DNA of 64,000 bases, taken from Spirochaetota bacterium. Lineage in GTDB: Bacteria > Spirochaetota > UBA4802 > UBA5550. Made by a program: the position numbers and the translations under genes. The DNA lies in the NCBI GenBank assembly GCA_963664815.2, contig CAXXHB010000003.1, positions 2,272,001 to 2,336,000 on the forward strand, read 5' to 3'. The notes under the pieces were generated by a model, which did not search any database, was not told the origin of the DNA, and saw only the letters and a program-made list of their open reading frames with translations. Below, in pieces: positions 41,740-51,105 of the stretch. How positions within the stretch are numbered: the stretch's first letter is position 1; the number at the start of each line of letters is the position of its first letter.

Positions 41740-41927
41740 TATTTTACCTCAATATATACCAAGTGTCTTCGTACAAATTTCATAATGATACTTCTCAGCA
41801 AATTGTACCGCAGTAGAATAAATCTTATCCCGTTTCAATTTAAAACTTATTCTCTTTATAAAGAATTATCTATATTTTCATGATAATTTTATATTTATAG
41901 ATTTTAAATATTCTTTTACAAAAATAA

Positions 41928-41956
41928 AATAAAGAAAATATAAAGAAAATGTTAAG
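41928..41956 (-). promoter_or_regulatory. Pho box (three 11-bp units) upstream of pit
   Basis: Minus strand CTTAACA-TTTT-CTTTATA-TTTT-CTTTATT. Confidence 0.7.
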
Positions 41957-42142
41957 ATTATTCCATAGATATATTTTTTATATTCTGCTTATAAAAATAA
42001 TTTTATCTTTGCCGGGGAAGGTTCCTATAAATGATTAAGTGAACAATTTGTTTTTGCATTTATAGGACATACAGTAGTTATTCATGAAAAATTATCATTG
42101 ATACTATTGGATTCACTGTTTAAGAATATATACATCAACTTT

Positions 42143-42811
42143 TTATTTATAAAGAGTTAATGATGCTCCTGATTTTGAATTACTTTTTTTGATTACTCTG
42201 CCCGGATTTCCGGCAACAACAAGGTCTCCGGGAATATCTTTAACTATAACAGATCCAGCTCCGATTTTAACATTATCTCCTATCATAATATTACCCAGAA
42301 GTTTAGCTCCGGCACCAACCATAATATTGCTTCCAAGCGTAGGATGCCTTTTCCCGCTTTCGCCACCCTTCCCTCCAAGAGTCACCTGATGATAAAGTGT
42401 GACATTATCTCCTATCTCAGCCGTTTCTCCTATAACAACTCCGTTACCATGATCTATAAAAAAACTTTTTCCTATTTTTGCCCCCGGATGTATTTCAATT
42501 CCTGTAAGAAACCTTGATAACTGTGAAATCAACCTTGGTACTAGCGGTATACCCAACTCAAAAAGCAGATGAGAAACACGATGATTGATAATTGCCCATA
42601 TTCCCGGGTAGGTCATCAATTCAAGAAAACCTGTTATACCACCTTTCAGAGCAGGATCATTTTTAAATACACCAGCTATATCTGACGGAATATACCCTAC
42701 CTGCAACACAGCAGATTTTAATTTAGTGATAAATGAAGTTTCCGGTTTTATTAGATGACATCTATAGTAACCATTTATTTCAATACATGCATTTTTCAAT
42801 TCATGATTCAT
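42143..42811 (-). CDS. cysE: Serine O-acetyltransferase
   Basis: DPA, YPG, TGIEIHPGAKIG, FIDHG, VTLGG, KRHPTLG. Confidence 0.93.
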   Translation of the reverse strand: MNHELKNACIEINGYYRCHLIKPETSFITKLKSAVLQVGYIPSDIAGVFKNDPALKGGITGFLELMTYPGIWAIINHRVSHLLFELGIPLVPRLISQLSRFLTGIEIHPGAKIGKSFFIDHGNGVVIGETAEIGDNVTLYHQVTLGGKGGESGKRHPTLGSNIMVGAGAKLLGNIMIGDNVKIGAGSVIVKDIPGDLVVAGNPGRVIKKSNSKSGASLTLYK

Positions 42812-42835
42812 TTCATTCCCCTGTTCATATAAAAA

Positions 42836-43636
42836 TCAGCTTTTAAACCCTCTCCCCTTTTTAAAAAGTCTGTATGAAGTTCCAAACGATATAATAACAA
42901 GTATTGCAATATATATCAGTTGAATTACCAGCTCCCCTTCATAAACGCCAAGGTAACTGTAACGTAGCATATTGATTAGCGGAAATAAAGGATTCAGGTA
43001 AACCAAGAATGTCAGCGACCCGTGAAGTTTTGTAACCTCGAAGAAAACTCCACCGAAATATGCCATTGGTGTGAGTATTATAGAAAGAATAAAATTAATC
43101 TTCTCAAATGTTTCAAGGACAAGGCCAACTGCTGTACCGACTGAAGAAAAAATAAAGGATATGAATGTCAGCATAAGTAAAAACAGAACCGGACTTTCTA
43201 CATGGTATCCTGTGAAAAATACAGTTGATACATAAGTAAGCACACCTATAAGTACACCCCTGAAAGTCCCGGCCAGAATAAATGAAAGTACTTTTTCAAT
43301 ATCAGAGATCGGGTAGCTGTTCATATCCTTGAATATATCCTGGTATTTCTGAGCAACGATTGAAAACGCAGGGTTCTGGAATGCCGAAAATATCGCTCCC
43401 ATACCGCATAGTCCCGGTACAAGAAAATGAAGATAATCAATACCCGCTATCCCTGTGCCCCTTGTTTTAATCATCGCACCGAAAACACCAAGAAAAAGAA
43501 TATTTGAAAGAAGAGGAGCCAGCAATGTCTGAATATATATTTTGAGAAATCTGTCAATCTCCCTTCTTAATAATGCCATAAATCCCACAGAATTGTAAAA
43601 TATATTCTTTTTCATTTTCCGGTCACCCTGCAGCAT
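42836..43636 (-). CDS. ABC-2 type exporter permease (YadH-like)
   Basis: REIDRF...QTLLAP, FLVPGL, TPMAYFGGVF, LNP. Confidence 0.88.
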   Translation of the reverse strand: MLQGDRKMKKNIFYNSVGFMALLRREIDRFLKIYIQTLLAPLLSNILFLGVFGAMIKTRGTGIAGIDYLHFLVPGLCGMGAIFSAFQNPAFSIVAQKYQDIFKDMNSYPISDIEKVLSFILAGTFRGVLIGVLTYVSTVFFTGYHVESPVLFLLMLTFISFIFSSVGTAVGLVLETFEKINFILSIILTPMAYFGGVFFEVTKLHGSLTFLVYLNPLFPLINMLRYSYLGVYEGELVIQLIYIAILVIISFGTSYRLFKKGRGFKS

Positions 43637-43646
43637 ACCATAAATA

Positions 43647-44561
43647 TCATTCCCTCACAAGACGAAGAAAAATATCTTCAAGTTTTTTAGGTTCCAGTTT
43701 AAAATCTATAAATGGCATGCCCTTTTCGCTTATCTTCCGGAAGATATCTCCAATATCATTCTTCTGTGCATAGATTGAAATTTTGTTACCATCTTTAATT
43801 GAAGGGGAGTATGTCGAAAGAAATGATAAATCGTTTTCGTGAATATCATTTCTAAAATGAAATTCCATCGAGGTTTCAGAACCGAGTGTCTTCATAAGAT
43901 TATTCTTTGAATCGTCTGCAATAATTCTTCCATGATGCATCACAATAATTCTGTCACAAAGTCTTTCAGCCTCTTCCAGGTAATGTGTTGTAAGAATAAT
44001 GGTAACTCCCTGCTCCCTTAATTTTCCTAGAAATGAATAGAGTAAGTGACGAAGTTCTATATCAACACCAGCCGTGGGCTCATCAAGTATCAGCAGTTCA
44101 GGTTTATGTACCAGGGATTTGGCAATCAGGAGTCTCCTCTTCATACCACCGGATAGTGTTCGTGATTTGTCGTATTTCTTTTCTTTAAGAGAAAGTCCAT
44201 CAAGAAGCAGATCTATGTAGATATCATTATTTTTTATACCGAAATATCCAGATTGATTTCTCATTACCTCATTAACAGAGAAAACAAAATCAAGACTTAT
44301 CTCCTGCGACACAATCCCTATTATTTTCTTTGTTTCAAGCTCATTCCTGTCAAAATTATAATCCCCGATTCTAATCCGGCCCCTGTCTTTTTTAACATTG
44401 CCCGCCAGTATATTAATCAGTGTGCTTTTCCCCGCACCATTCTGCCCCAGAAGCGCTACAAACTCTCCACGTTTTATTTTAAAAGAAACATCACTCAACG
44501 CATTGAAAGATGATTTCGGGAAACGTTTTGAAATATTTTCCACCTCAAGCATGTTTATCAT
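43647..44561 (-). CDS. ABC exporter ATP-binding protein (YadG-like)
   Basis: GQNGAGKST, LSGGMKRR, LDEPTAGVDIELR, TTHYLEEAE; start overlaps the upstream stop. Confidence 0.92.
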   Translation of the reverse strand: MINMLEVENISKRFPKSSFNALSDVSFKIKRGEFVALLGQNGAGKSTLINILAGNVKKDRGRIRIGDYNFDRNELETKKIIGIVSQEISLDFVFSVNEVMRNQSGYFGIKNNDIYIDLLLDGLSLKEKKYDKSRTLSGGMKRRLLIAKSLVHKPELLILDEPTAGVDIELRHLLYSFLGKLREQGVTIILTTHYLEEAERLCDRIIVMHHGRIIADDSKNNLMKTLGSETSMEFHFRNDIHENDLSFLSTYSPSIKDGNKISIYAQKNDIGDIFRKISEKGMPFIDFKLEPKKLEDIFLRLVRE

Positions 44562-45558
44562 CCTTAAAACCGAGAAGATCAAGAACCGCTTTTTCGGCAT
44601 GACGATTTATCCCCCGGAGCGGGAATGAATGTATATGAATTGCAGGATTAAAATTCAGTTCTATAACTCCATAGCTGCTTTTCTCCGGTTTTTTACTGAT
44701 ATCTCCAATAATAATATCCGCTCCGCATATTTTTGCTCCCACTGCAGCGGCTGCCGCTTTTGCTATGTCTTTATATTCGTCATTAATTTCATCAGTAAAA
44801 TCGATACTGTCACCACCTGTACTGATATTCGAATTTTTCCGTAAAAAGACAACCTCACTTTTACGCGGTATATAATTAAAATTCTTACCCTGAAGCTTTA
44901 AAAATGATTCTTCATGAAAACCCGTTTGTATCTTTTCCAGAGGCCTGTTATACCCTTCACCCCTAAGCGGATCTTCATTCTTGATCATTACAAGCTCCCT
45001 TACTGTATGTTTACCGTCGCCAATTACATTTGCCGCCACACGGTGTAGAATACCTGTAACATTATTATCAATCACCAGGAACCTGAACTCCATACCATGT
45101 ATAAATTCTTCAATTATAACGGCATCATCAAACTTAAAGGCATCCGTAAGAGCCTTCCTGTAGATATCAGGATCAGTATTGGAAGTGATAACCGATACAC
45201 CTTCACCGAAGTTAGTGCTGTTAGGTTTAATAACAATATCAAAACCATCATAATCGCTGAATGTCTTTGACGCATGCTCCAGACTGTAATAAAGCTTACC
45301 TTCCGGCACACTGATACCCTTTTCCTTAAGAATTTTTTTTGTTACATCCTTATTCTCCATTATCAATGCAGATATATATGTATCAGCTGAGGTCCTGGTA
45401 GCCTGCTTTATATATTCAATCCTGCCATTTTTTTTCAGACGGATAAAATTATCATTCCTGTCAAGAACCTCAACCTCGATACCTCTGTTTAAAGCCTCCT
45501 TTATCAGTATCTGGGTTGACAGTTCAAGATCATCATATCCCGGTGTAATATAATTCAT
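44545..45558 (-). CDS. Stand-alone ATP-grasp glutathione synthetase domain (C-terminal half of GshF/GshAB)
   Basis: GYDDLELSTQIL, KPNSTNFGEG, RVAANVIGDG, NSNISTGGDSID, IELNFNPA; own GGAG SD 8 nt before ATG 45558. Confidence 0.88.
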   Translation of the reverse strand: MNYITPGYDDLELSTQILIKEALNRGIEVEVLDRNDNFIRLKKNGRIEYIKQATRTSADTYISALIMENKDVTKKILKEKGISVPEGKLYYSLEHASKTFSDYDGFDIVIKPNSTNFGEGVSVITSNTDPDIYRKALTDAFKFDDAVIIEEFIHGMEFRFLVIDNNVTGILHRVAANVIGDGKHTVRELVMIKNEDPLRGEGYNRPLEKIQTGFHEESFLKLQGKNFNYIPRKSEVVFLRKNSNISTGGDSIDFTDEINDEYKDIAKAAAAAVGAKICGADIIIGDISKKPEKSSYGVIELNFNPAIHIHSFPLRGINRHAEKAVLDLLGFKDDKHA

Positions 45559-45598
45559 ATTTTTATCTCCATGCTCATCTTCTTTAATAATCATTGTT

Positions 45599-47107
45599 TC
45601 AGGACACCTGTAGAGGTTTTACCGGAATATTTACATCACTTCCGGCTGCAATAAACTCATCGATGCAGAAATAGTACCTGTTTTTAACCGCTCTTCTTAA
45701 TCCGAATTCATTATGACTTTCATTACAGTTTTTCATCTCTCTTGTTATCCATGAAGATGGAAGAAGTTCATTATTGATAATAGCTTCTCTAGCACTATCT
45801 ACACTCTCCATGTAGTTTGTCTCTCCTTTAACTTCATCCAGAAATTCAGCTATAACTGCAAGTTTATCAAGTATCTCTTCACCACGTTTTTCAATAGTAA
45901 AGGAACCACTCATATCATTCAATGACAGTTCCGGATCACGACCTATTGTTGCAGTCAGCTGAGCATTCATATCAGAAATACTCATTTCCACACCATTCAG
46001 AGGGTTGCTCTTCTCAAACAGACAGAACAGGATAAATAAATGGACAAAATACATCTGCTCCCTGCTTATACCTGTGACGAAAAAAGGATTCAGATCAAAA
46101 ATTCTGAGTTCAATGTACTCCACTCCGCTTTTTTCAAGACGGCCAAAATTGGTATCACCAACTCCATTTATCCTTTTAAAACGGATTGGTGAATAGAATT
46201 CATTTTCAGATTGAAGAAGATTGTCGTTGAGTTGTATCTGTCTGCCATTCTGAAATATTCCATAACGGGAATATTTTATACTTTTTGTTGAAAGCAAAAT
46301 ACGCAGATCCCTTAAATAATCTTCCATGGAATTAAACGAAACTGAATGCATATCATGATCACCACCGTCATACCCGAATGAACTCATTCTCAGATTTGTG
46401 GCATACTGTGAAGCACGGTTCCGGCTATTGCTTATATCAGGTATATCGTTACACCGGAATTCATCATCTTCGTGGCTTTTATCAGCAGTCGAAGGTGAAG
46501 CGCCGAAGAGATAAAGCAGAATCCATCTGAATCTGAGAAAATTTCTTGCAAGGGCAAAATATGAATCATTTATAAAAGAACGCATTTCGGTTTCAGGTGC
46601 AAATCTCTGATGAATCAGCTCCCAGAATTCATTGCTGAAAGAAAAATTATAATGTATACCGGAGATCATCTGCATTCTCTTTCCGTAACGGAGAGCAAGC
46701 CCTGACCGGTAAATTTCCTTTTCCCTGCCTTCAGGTGAATTGTTAAAGAGTGCCGAGGGTATAATCTCTTCATCCGGAAGAATCCCCGGCATGCTTAACG
46801 GCCATAATAATTCATCGCCAATTCCCCGTTCAACAACCGAATGCAGGTATTTTAAAAAATCATCGGCCTCTTCGATTGAATTGAGGGCAGGTGTTATCAT
46901 CTCCACCTGGCTTTCCGAAAAGTCTGTTGTAATAAACGGATTTACAGTTTTATCTCCAAAAACCGCCGGATGAGGAGTCAACGCCAGTTCCCCATCCTTT
47001 GTTATTCTTAATGATTCCTTTTCAAGTCCCCACTTCCCAAGGGACAGCATTTTCATGTTTTTGTTATCTGAAAAAAACTCTGTTATCTCATTAAATTCCC
47101 AGAACAT
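45599..47107 (-). CDS. gshA: Glutamate-cysteine ligase
   Basis: GLEKESLR, ITTDFSESQVE, WPLSMP, YGKRMQMISGIHYNFS, ENEFYSPIR, EYIELRIFDLNPF. Confidence 0.93.
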   Translation of the reverse strand: MFWEFNEITEFFSDNKNMKMLSLGKWGLEKESLRITKDGELALTPHPAVFGDKTVNPFITTDFSESQVEMITPALNSIEEADDFLKYLHSVVERGIGDELLWPLSMPGILPDEEIIPSALFNNSPEGREKEIYRSGLALRYGKRMQMISGIHYNFSFSNEFWELIHQRFAPETEMRSFINDSYFALARNFLRFRWILLYLFGASPSTADKSHEDDEFRCNDIPDISNSRNRASQYATNLRMSSFGYDGGDHDMHSVSFNSMEDYLRDLRILLSTKSIKYSRYGIFQNGRQIQLNDNLLQSENEFYSPIRFKRINGVGDTNFGRLEKSGVEYIELRIFDLNPFFVTGISREQMYFVHLFILFCLFEKSNPLNGVEMSISDMNAQLTATIGRDPELSLNDMSGSFTIEKRGEEILDKLAVIAEFLDEVKGETNYMESVDSAREAIINNELLPSSWITREMKNCNESHNEFGLRRAVKNRYYFCIDEFIAAGSDVNIPVKPLQVS

Positions 47108-47157
47108 AAATTTCCCCGCGAAATCAAATATAATAATTCTAATGTTTCAATATACTG

Positions 47158-47180
47158 AAGTTTCAGAACAATCGAACAAT
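47158..47180 (-). promoter_or_regulatory. Putative ArsR operator upstream of gshA
   Basis: ATTGTTCGATTGTTCTGAAACTT; first 16 nt are 13/16 identical to the box overlapping the arsR promoter. Confidence 0.6.
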
Positions 47181-47194
47181 ATTATTAAAAAAAA

Positions 47195-47500
47195 TCAATC
47201 AAGAAAGTGTCTTATAATTTCAATTACTTCCTCATTAATTTTACATGAAATAACCTGACCGCTTCTTGTACAGTTTACAAGCCCGGCACTCTGCAGCTCT
47301 TTCAGATGATGAGAAATGGTTGATCTTGAAAGATCCATACAGCCACACGCCCTGGTAAAAGCTTTTTCTATTCCGCAACATACATCACCGGTTTCAGGCA
47401 TAAGACTGTTCTTTTCCCAATCATAGATATTCATAAAAAGAGCCAGTCTGGGTTCACTCGACAACGCTTTGAATATTTTTGCAAGATCGTATTGTTTCAT
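47195..47500 (-). CDS. ArsR/SmtB family repressor, Cys-rich, probably leaderless
   Basis: FKALSSEPRL, LSRSTISHHLKELQSAGLV; VCC and ACGC cysteines. Confidence 0.92.
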   Translation of the reverse strand: MKQYDLAKIFKALSSEPRLALFMNIYDWEKNSLMPETGDVCCGIEKAFTRACGCMDLSRSTISHHLKELQSAGLVNCTRSGQVISCKINEEVIEIIRHFLD

Positions 47501-47534
47501 AGTCATAGAATAATCAAACTATTATTCCTGTCAA
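47499..47534 (-). promoter_or_regulatory. arsR promoter with overlapping operator
   Basis: TTGACA-16 bp-TATTCT, ATG 7 nt later; pseudo-palindrome ATAGTTTGATTATTCTATGACTAT. Confidence 0.7.
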
Positions 47535-47693
47535 CAAAAAACATATTTTTTTTATGATTCTTTATATTACTCAGGGAAATGTTCAGGGTAGGTATTACTA
47601 AAGACATTTTATATCATACAGATACAAATGCAGGGTACAGACATAACTGCACATTGCATTTGTATCTTTTAATTTGATTAAACAGATATATTT

Positions 47694-48767
47694 CTACTGT
47701 TCAATAACAAGTCTCAATCCAAAGGCGCCCCACCCTTCAGAAGGAATATCAGGCGTATCTGTCATTCTTATGTCAATACGCATCGGGCTTGGATGCATCG
47801 GCATATTTATATATGAACCTCCCCGCATAATTTTCTTTTCACCTGATGACGGTCCCTGCGGATCTTTATCCGGGCTCTCAGAATAATAACTCTCATTGTA
47901 CCAGTCATTTACCCACTCGCATACATTGCCCGACATATCATAAAGGCCGAATGCATTTGGTTTCTTCTGCCCCACGGGATGTGACGTTCTGCCGCTGTTG
48001 TTACTATACCAACAATATGAATCATCTATATCATCTCCCCAGTAGTAAATTGTTGTTGCTCCACCCCTTGCGGCATATTCCCACTCTGCTTCATACGGAA
48101 GGCGTGCTTTTACATTGTACTTTTTACTGAATTTTTCGCAGAAATCTTTCGCATCATACCAGCTTATATTCTCCACGGGAAGATTATCACCAATCACAGG
48201 TGAAGGATTTTTACCTGTAACAGCCCTGTACTGTGCCTGTGTAACCTCAAACTTTCCTATCCAGTAAGAACTCACAGTCACACTGTGTTTCACATTTTCT
48301 CCCAGATAATAATTTTCATCTCGGACTGTATTTACACCCATATTGTATGTCGCTCCCGGTATATAAATAAACTCAACACCCCCTACAGTTTTCACCTCGC
48401 CTGCAGAATCCTTTACACTTGCCATCGTTTCGTCAGATTCATCAGTAATACTTTTATCATAAAGGTAAACAGACATCCCCTTTTCAACTTCATTCAGATA
48501 CCTGGCACTCCCCTTCTGCAGTCTGCACTTTGCAGTTGTCTGCATGGGGAAGGTAGCTTCCATTACAACCACCTTCCCTCCGGTGCGAATATACAGCTGT
48601 TCACCCATCTTAATTGTCTTTCCGCTTTCAATATTTACTATTATCTCTTTTGATGCAGAAACCGAACCTATTTTACCAACCTGTTTACCATCTTTTGACA
48701 TAAGCATAACTGAAAATATCAGTATAAAAAATGGTATCAGCACGAAGGAGAGTCTTTTGTTTTTCAT
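47694..48767 (-). CDS. Exported FGE-sulfatase (SUMF1/C-type lectin fold) domain protein with extra N-terminal domain
   Basis: Signal peptide; FEVTQAQY, RLPYEAEWEYAARGG, PNAFGLYDMSGNVCEW, RGGS, GLR. Confidence 0.9.
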   Translation of the reverse strand: MKNKRLSFVLIPFFILIFSVMLMSKDGKQVGKIGSVSASKEIIVNIESGKTIKMGEQLYIRTGGKVVVMEATFPMQTTAKCRLQKGSARYLNEVEKGMSVYLYDKSITDESDETMASVKDSAGEVKTVGGVEFIYIPGATYNMGVNTVRDENYYLGENVKHSVTVSSYWIGKFEVTQAQYRAVTGKNPSPVIGDNLPVENISWYDAKDFCEKFSKKYNVKARLPYEAEWEYAARGGATTIYYWGDDIDDSYCWYSNNSGRTSHPVGQKKPNAFGLYDMSGNVCEWVNDWYNESYYSESPDKDPQGPSSGEKKIMRGGSYINMPMHPSPMRIDIRMTDTPDIPSEGWGAFGLRLVIEQ

Positions 48768-48807
48768 TGATAGCTCCTGTTATTAAAAATAATTTCTGAA
48801 TTCTTTT

Positions 48808-48857
48808 ATAATAAAAAATTCTCTTTTCTCACCGCCGCCTTCGGCGGCGATGAGAAA
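48808..48857. repeat. Hairpin element, copy B
   Basis: TTCTCACCGCCGCC-TTC-GGCGGCGATGAGAA; same length and loop as copy A with compensatory changes. Confidence 0.75.
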
Positions 48858-49049
48858 TAATCGCTTTTTTCACATTAAAATCGACGGAATAATATAATCG
48901 CCTTTTTTACATTGAAATCGATGAGATATTTTAATCGCTTATTTACACTAAAATCAGTGAAGTTATATAATTATAATTGTTTACTTACACAAAATCGGCT
49001 AAATGATATAATCGTTTCCTTTATATTTAAGTATATATTAAGGAATTAA
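48858..49049. repeat. Five-unit degenerate tandem array (periods 37, 37, 42, 35 bp)
   Basis: Units start at 48858, 48895, 48932, 48974, 49009; consensus TAATCGCTTTTTTACAYTAAAATCG plus variable ~11-17 nt linker. Confidence 0.8.
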
Positions 49050-49204
49050 AAATGATATTATATTTATATTTTCAACTCTTTTTCAGGTAATAAAGAAATT
49101 ATGGTAAATAAATCAATAGCGGTTCTTTATGTTTTAACAGAAGATGCTCTACTCCTTATACTGGTTGCCAGCAGAAGATATAATCACTTATCAGGGGTTT
49201 TTCA

Positions 49205-50026
49205 CTACTCAATAAAATTCCCATTTTCCCATCGTCCCTTAATTTTTACCGAACCATCAGGATTATATAAAGTCCCCTCTCCATGCTGTTTCCCAGCTTT
49301 CCAGTCTCCGACATATCTGGCACCGTCTGTATATGTATAAGTTCCTTTACCATCTCTCTCCCCATCCTTCCATTCACCTGAATACATCTGGCCATCGGTG
49401 AATACAAGAGTCCCCCTGCCGTGACACCTGCTGTTCTTCCACTCACCTGTATATTTTTCACCGGTAGCAAACTTCAGAGTTCCCTGTCCATTGAAATTAT
49501 TGTCGGCGAACATTCCTGAATATTCATCTCCATTTGCAAACTTCATAATTCCTTTACCATGCTTCCGGTTTTTTAGAAACTGACCGGTATATGTATCACC
49601 GTCAGCGTAACCTGAAACACTGCTTTTTCCCTTCTCAATATATGTTATTTTACCATACCCTGTTGCTTCGCCATTTTTCAGATAGCCGGTGTAATGATAA
49701 TTAACCCCTATTATGGTTCCATACCCTTCAACCGGATGCCAGTTTTTTATTATGCCGGTAAATGAAGCCCCTCCCAGGTAAGTGATTCTCCCCTTACCCT
49801 CGGGTATATCATCAATCCACTGACCAGTATATTTCAACCCATCATTACCGGTAAATGTCCCCGCACCGCTTCTTTTCCCGTTTTTCCACTTACCTTCATA
49901 TTTCCCGTCAGTATAGCTATACATACCTTTCCCGTTTTCACAGTCTCCGTTCAGGCATTGGGCGTTCAATGAAACTGCAATGAAAAGCATTGATAACTGT
50001 AATGCTGATATTATTTTAATCTTCAT
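49205..50026 (-). CDS. Exported MORN-repeat protein
   Basis: Signal peptide; CLNGDCENG; many Y.G.W..G...G.G repeats. Confidence 0.92.
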   Translation of the reverse strand: MKIKIISALQLSMLFIAVSLNAQCLNGDCENGKGMYSYTDGKYEGKWKNGKRSGAGTFTGNDGLKYTGQWIDDIPEGKGRITYLGGASFTGIIKNWHPVEGYGTIIGVNYHYTGYLKNGEATGYGKITYIEKGKSSVSGYADGDTYTGQFLKNRKHGKGIMKFANGDEYSGMFADNNFNGQGTLKFATGEKYTGEWKNSRCHGRGTLVFTDGQMYSGEWKDGERDGKGTYTYTDGARYVGDWKAGKQHGEGTLYNPDGSVKIKGRWENGNFIE

Positions 50027-50209
50027 TATACCCCCGAAAATCTGTGTTATATTTTCCAGTCAAAAAGTAAATGTAAAGTATTTTATAACACAGACTTAAT
50101 TGTATATAATCAGGGTTCAGAACCTTAACAGTTAAAAGTGATAAATATACAATAGAATAATATGCAGATTTGTACTTTCTGACAAATGATTATAGTAAAA
50201 AAATCCCCG

Positions 50210-50425
50210 TTACCTGCTGCGTTTTTCCCTTATACCCAGATATATATCAGGAAAATATGCCCCGATAATTATCAGCAGCAATCCCAGTCCTGTAGTTTTA
50301 GTAAACAGTATATCAGCCTCAAATCTCCTGAAACCTACATATGTTATACTTATGAACCATCCTGAAACAAGCAGTATTAGCCCGATCATGTGAGGAATAA
50401 TTGCGCCTTTGATCTTTTCCAACAT
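50210..50425 (-). CDS. Small two-TM membrane protein
   Basis: GGAG SD; two hydrophobic helices. Confidence 0.7.
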   Translation of the reverse strand: MLEKIKGAIIPHMIGLILLVSGWFISITYVGFRRFEADILFTKTTGLGLLLIIIGAYFPDIYLGIREKRSR

Positions 50426-50625
50426 TGAATTTCTCCATTATTTTTTATTATTTATCTTATAATAAATATTAAAGACTACGACTACATATAATTCAATAAA
50501 AAAATCAAATATCTATTCCTGAATTCAGGTATTTCTAAACGCTTGACTTATTTATCCACTTTTTTGTAACTGTAATATATACATTACTTCATAATGTCAT
50601 ATTTTGCGACGGAGTTTTTATTTTA

Positions 50626-51105
50626 ATGAAAAAAGCCAAACGGGAGTACAATAATTTACTGAAAGAGATGGTTACTGTGGGCAAATACAGGGAACTGGAC
50701 AATGCCACTCACCACGGCATTAGCAGGTTTGATCATATAAACAGGGTCGGTTACCTGAGCTTTCTGATTGCAAAACTCTTCAGGCTTGATGTTAATACTA
50801 TTACCAGGGGTGCGCTCCTTCACGATTTCTTCACTGAAGAGGATGTGAAAAAATACACAAAAAATGAATGGCACCGGCTGCACCCGCACATTGCCCTTGA
50901 AAATTCAAGGCAATATTTCAAACTTAATCACATTGAAGAAAATATAATCTCTTCACATATGTTTCCTATCTGCAGGACAAAACCTGTATATATGGAAAGT
51001 CATGTTGTTGCAACTGCCGATAAACTTGTTGCACTTTACGAATTCACAAGACTTTACAATTTTATTCTTTTTATCAAAAAGCCTTACAACAGCTTTCAGT
51101 TGTGA
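50626..51105 (+). CDS. HD-domain phosphohydrolase
   Basis: HH..SRFDH, ALLHDF, HP, SHMFP, ADK. Confidence 0.9.
   Translation: MKKAKREYNNLLKEMVTVGKYRELDNATHHGISRFDHINRVGYLSFLIAKLFRLDVNTITRGALLHDFFTEEDVKKYTKNEWHRLHPHIALENSRQYFKLNHIEENIISSHMFPICRTKPVYMESHVVATADKLVALYEFTRLYNFILFIKKPYNSFQL

Noticed and set aside
41749-41838. 29-codon TTG-started frame upstream of pit
   Set aside because: No SD and no resemblance to DUF47 that I can see.
45599-45601. UGA readthrough fusing gshA to the ATP-grasp gene
   Set aside because: Readthrough meets TAA after a few codons, the downstream gene is in another frame, and no SECIS-like hairpin is present.
47694-47830. Diversity-generating retroelement variable region in the FGE/C-lectin gene
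   Set aside because: No template repeat, reverse transcriptase or downstream hairpin in the window; the GAA-loop hairpin is upstream of the gene. A remote TR cannot be excluded without the genome.
48858-49049. CRISPR array
   Set aside because: Repeats are degenerate, linkers are only 11-17 nt and AT-rich, and there are no cas genes; kept as an unexplained tandem array.
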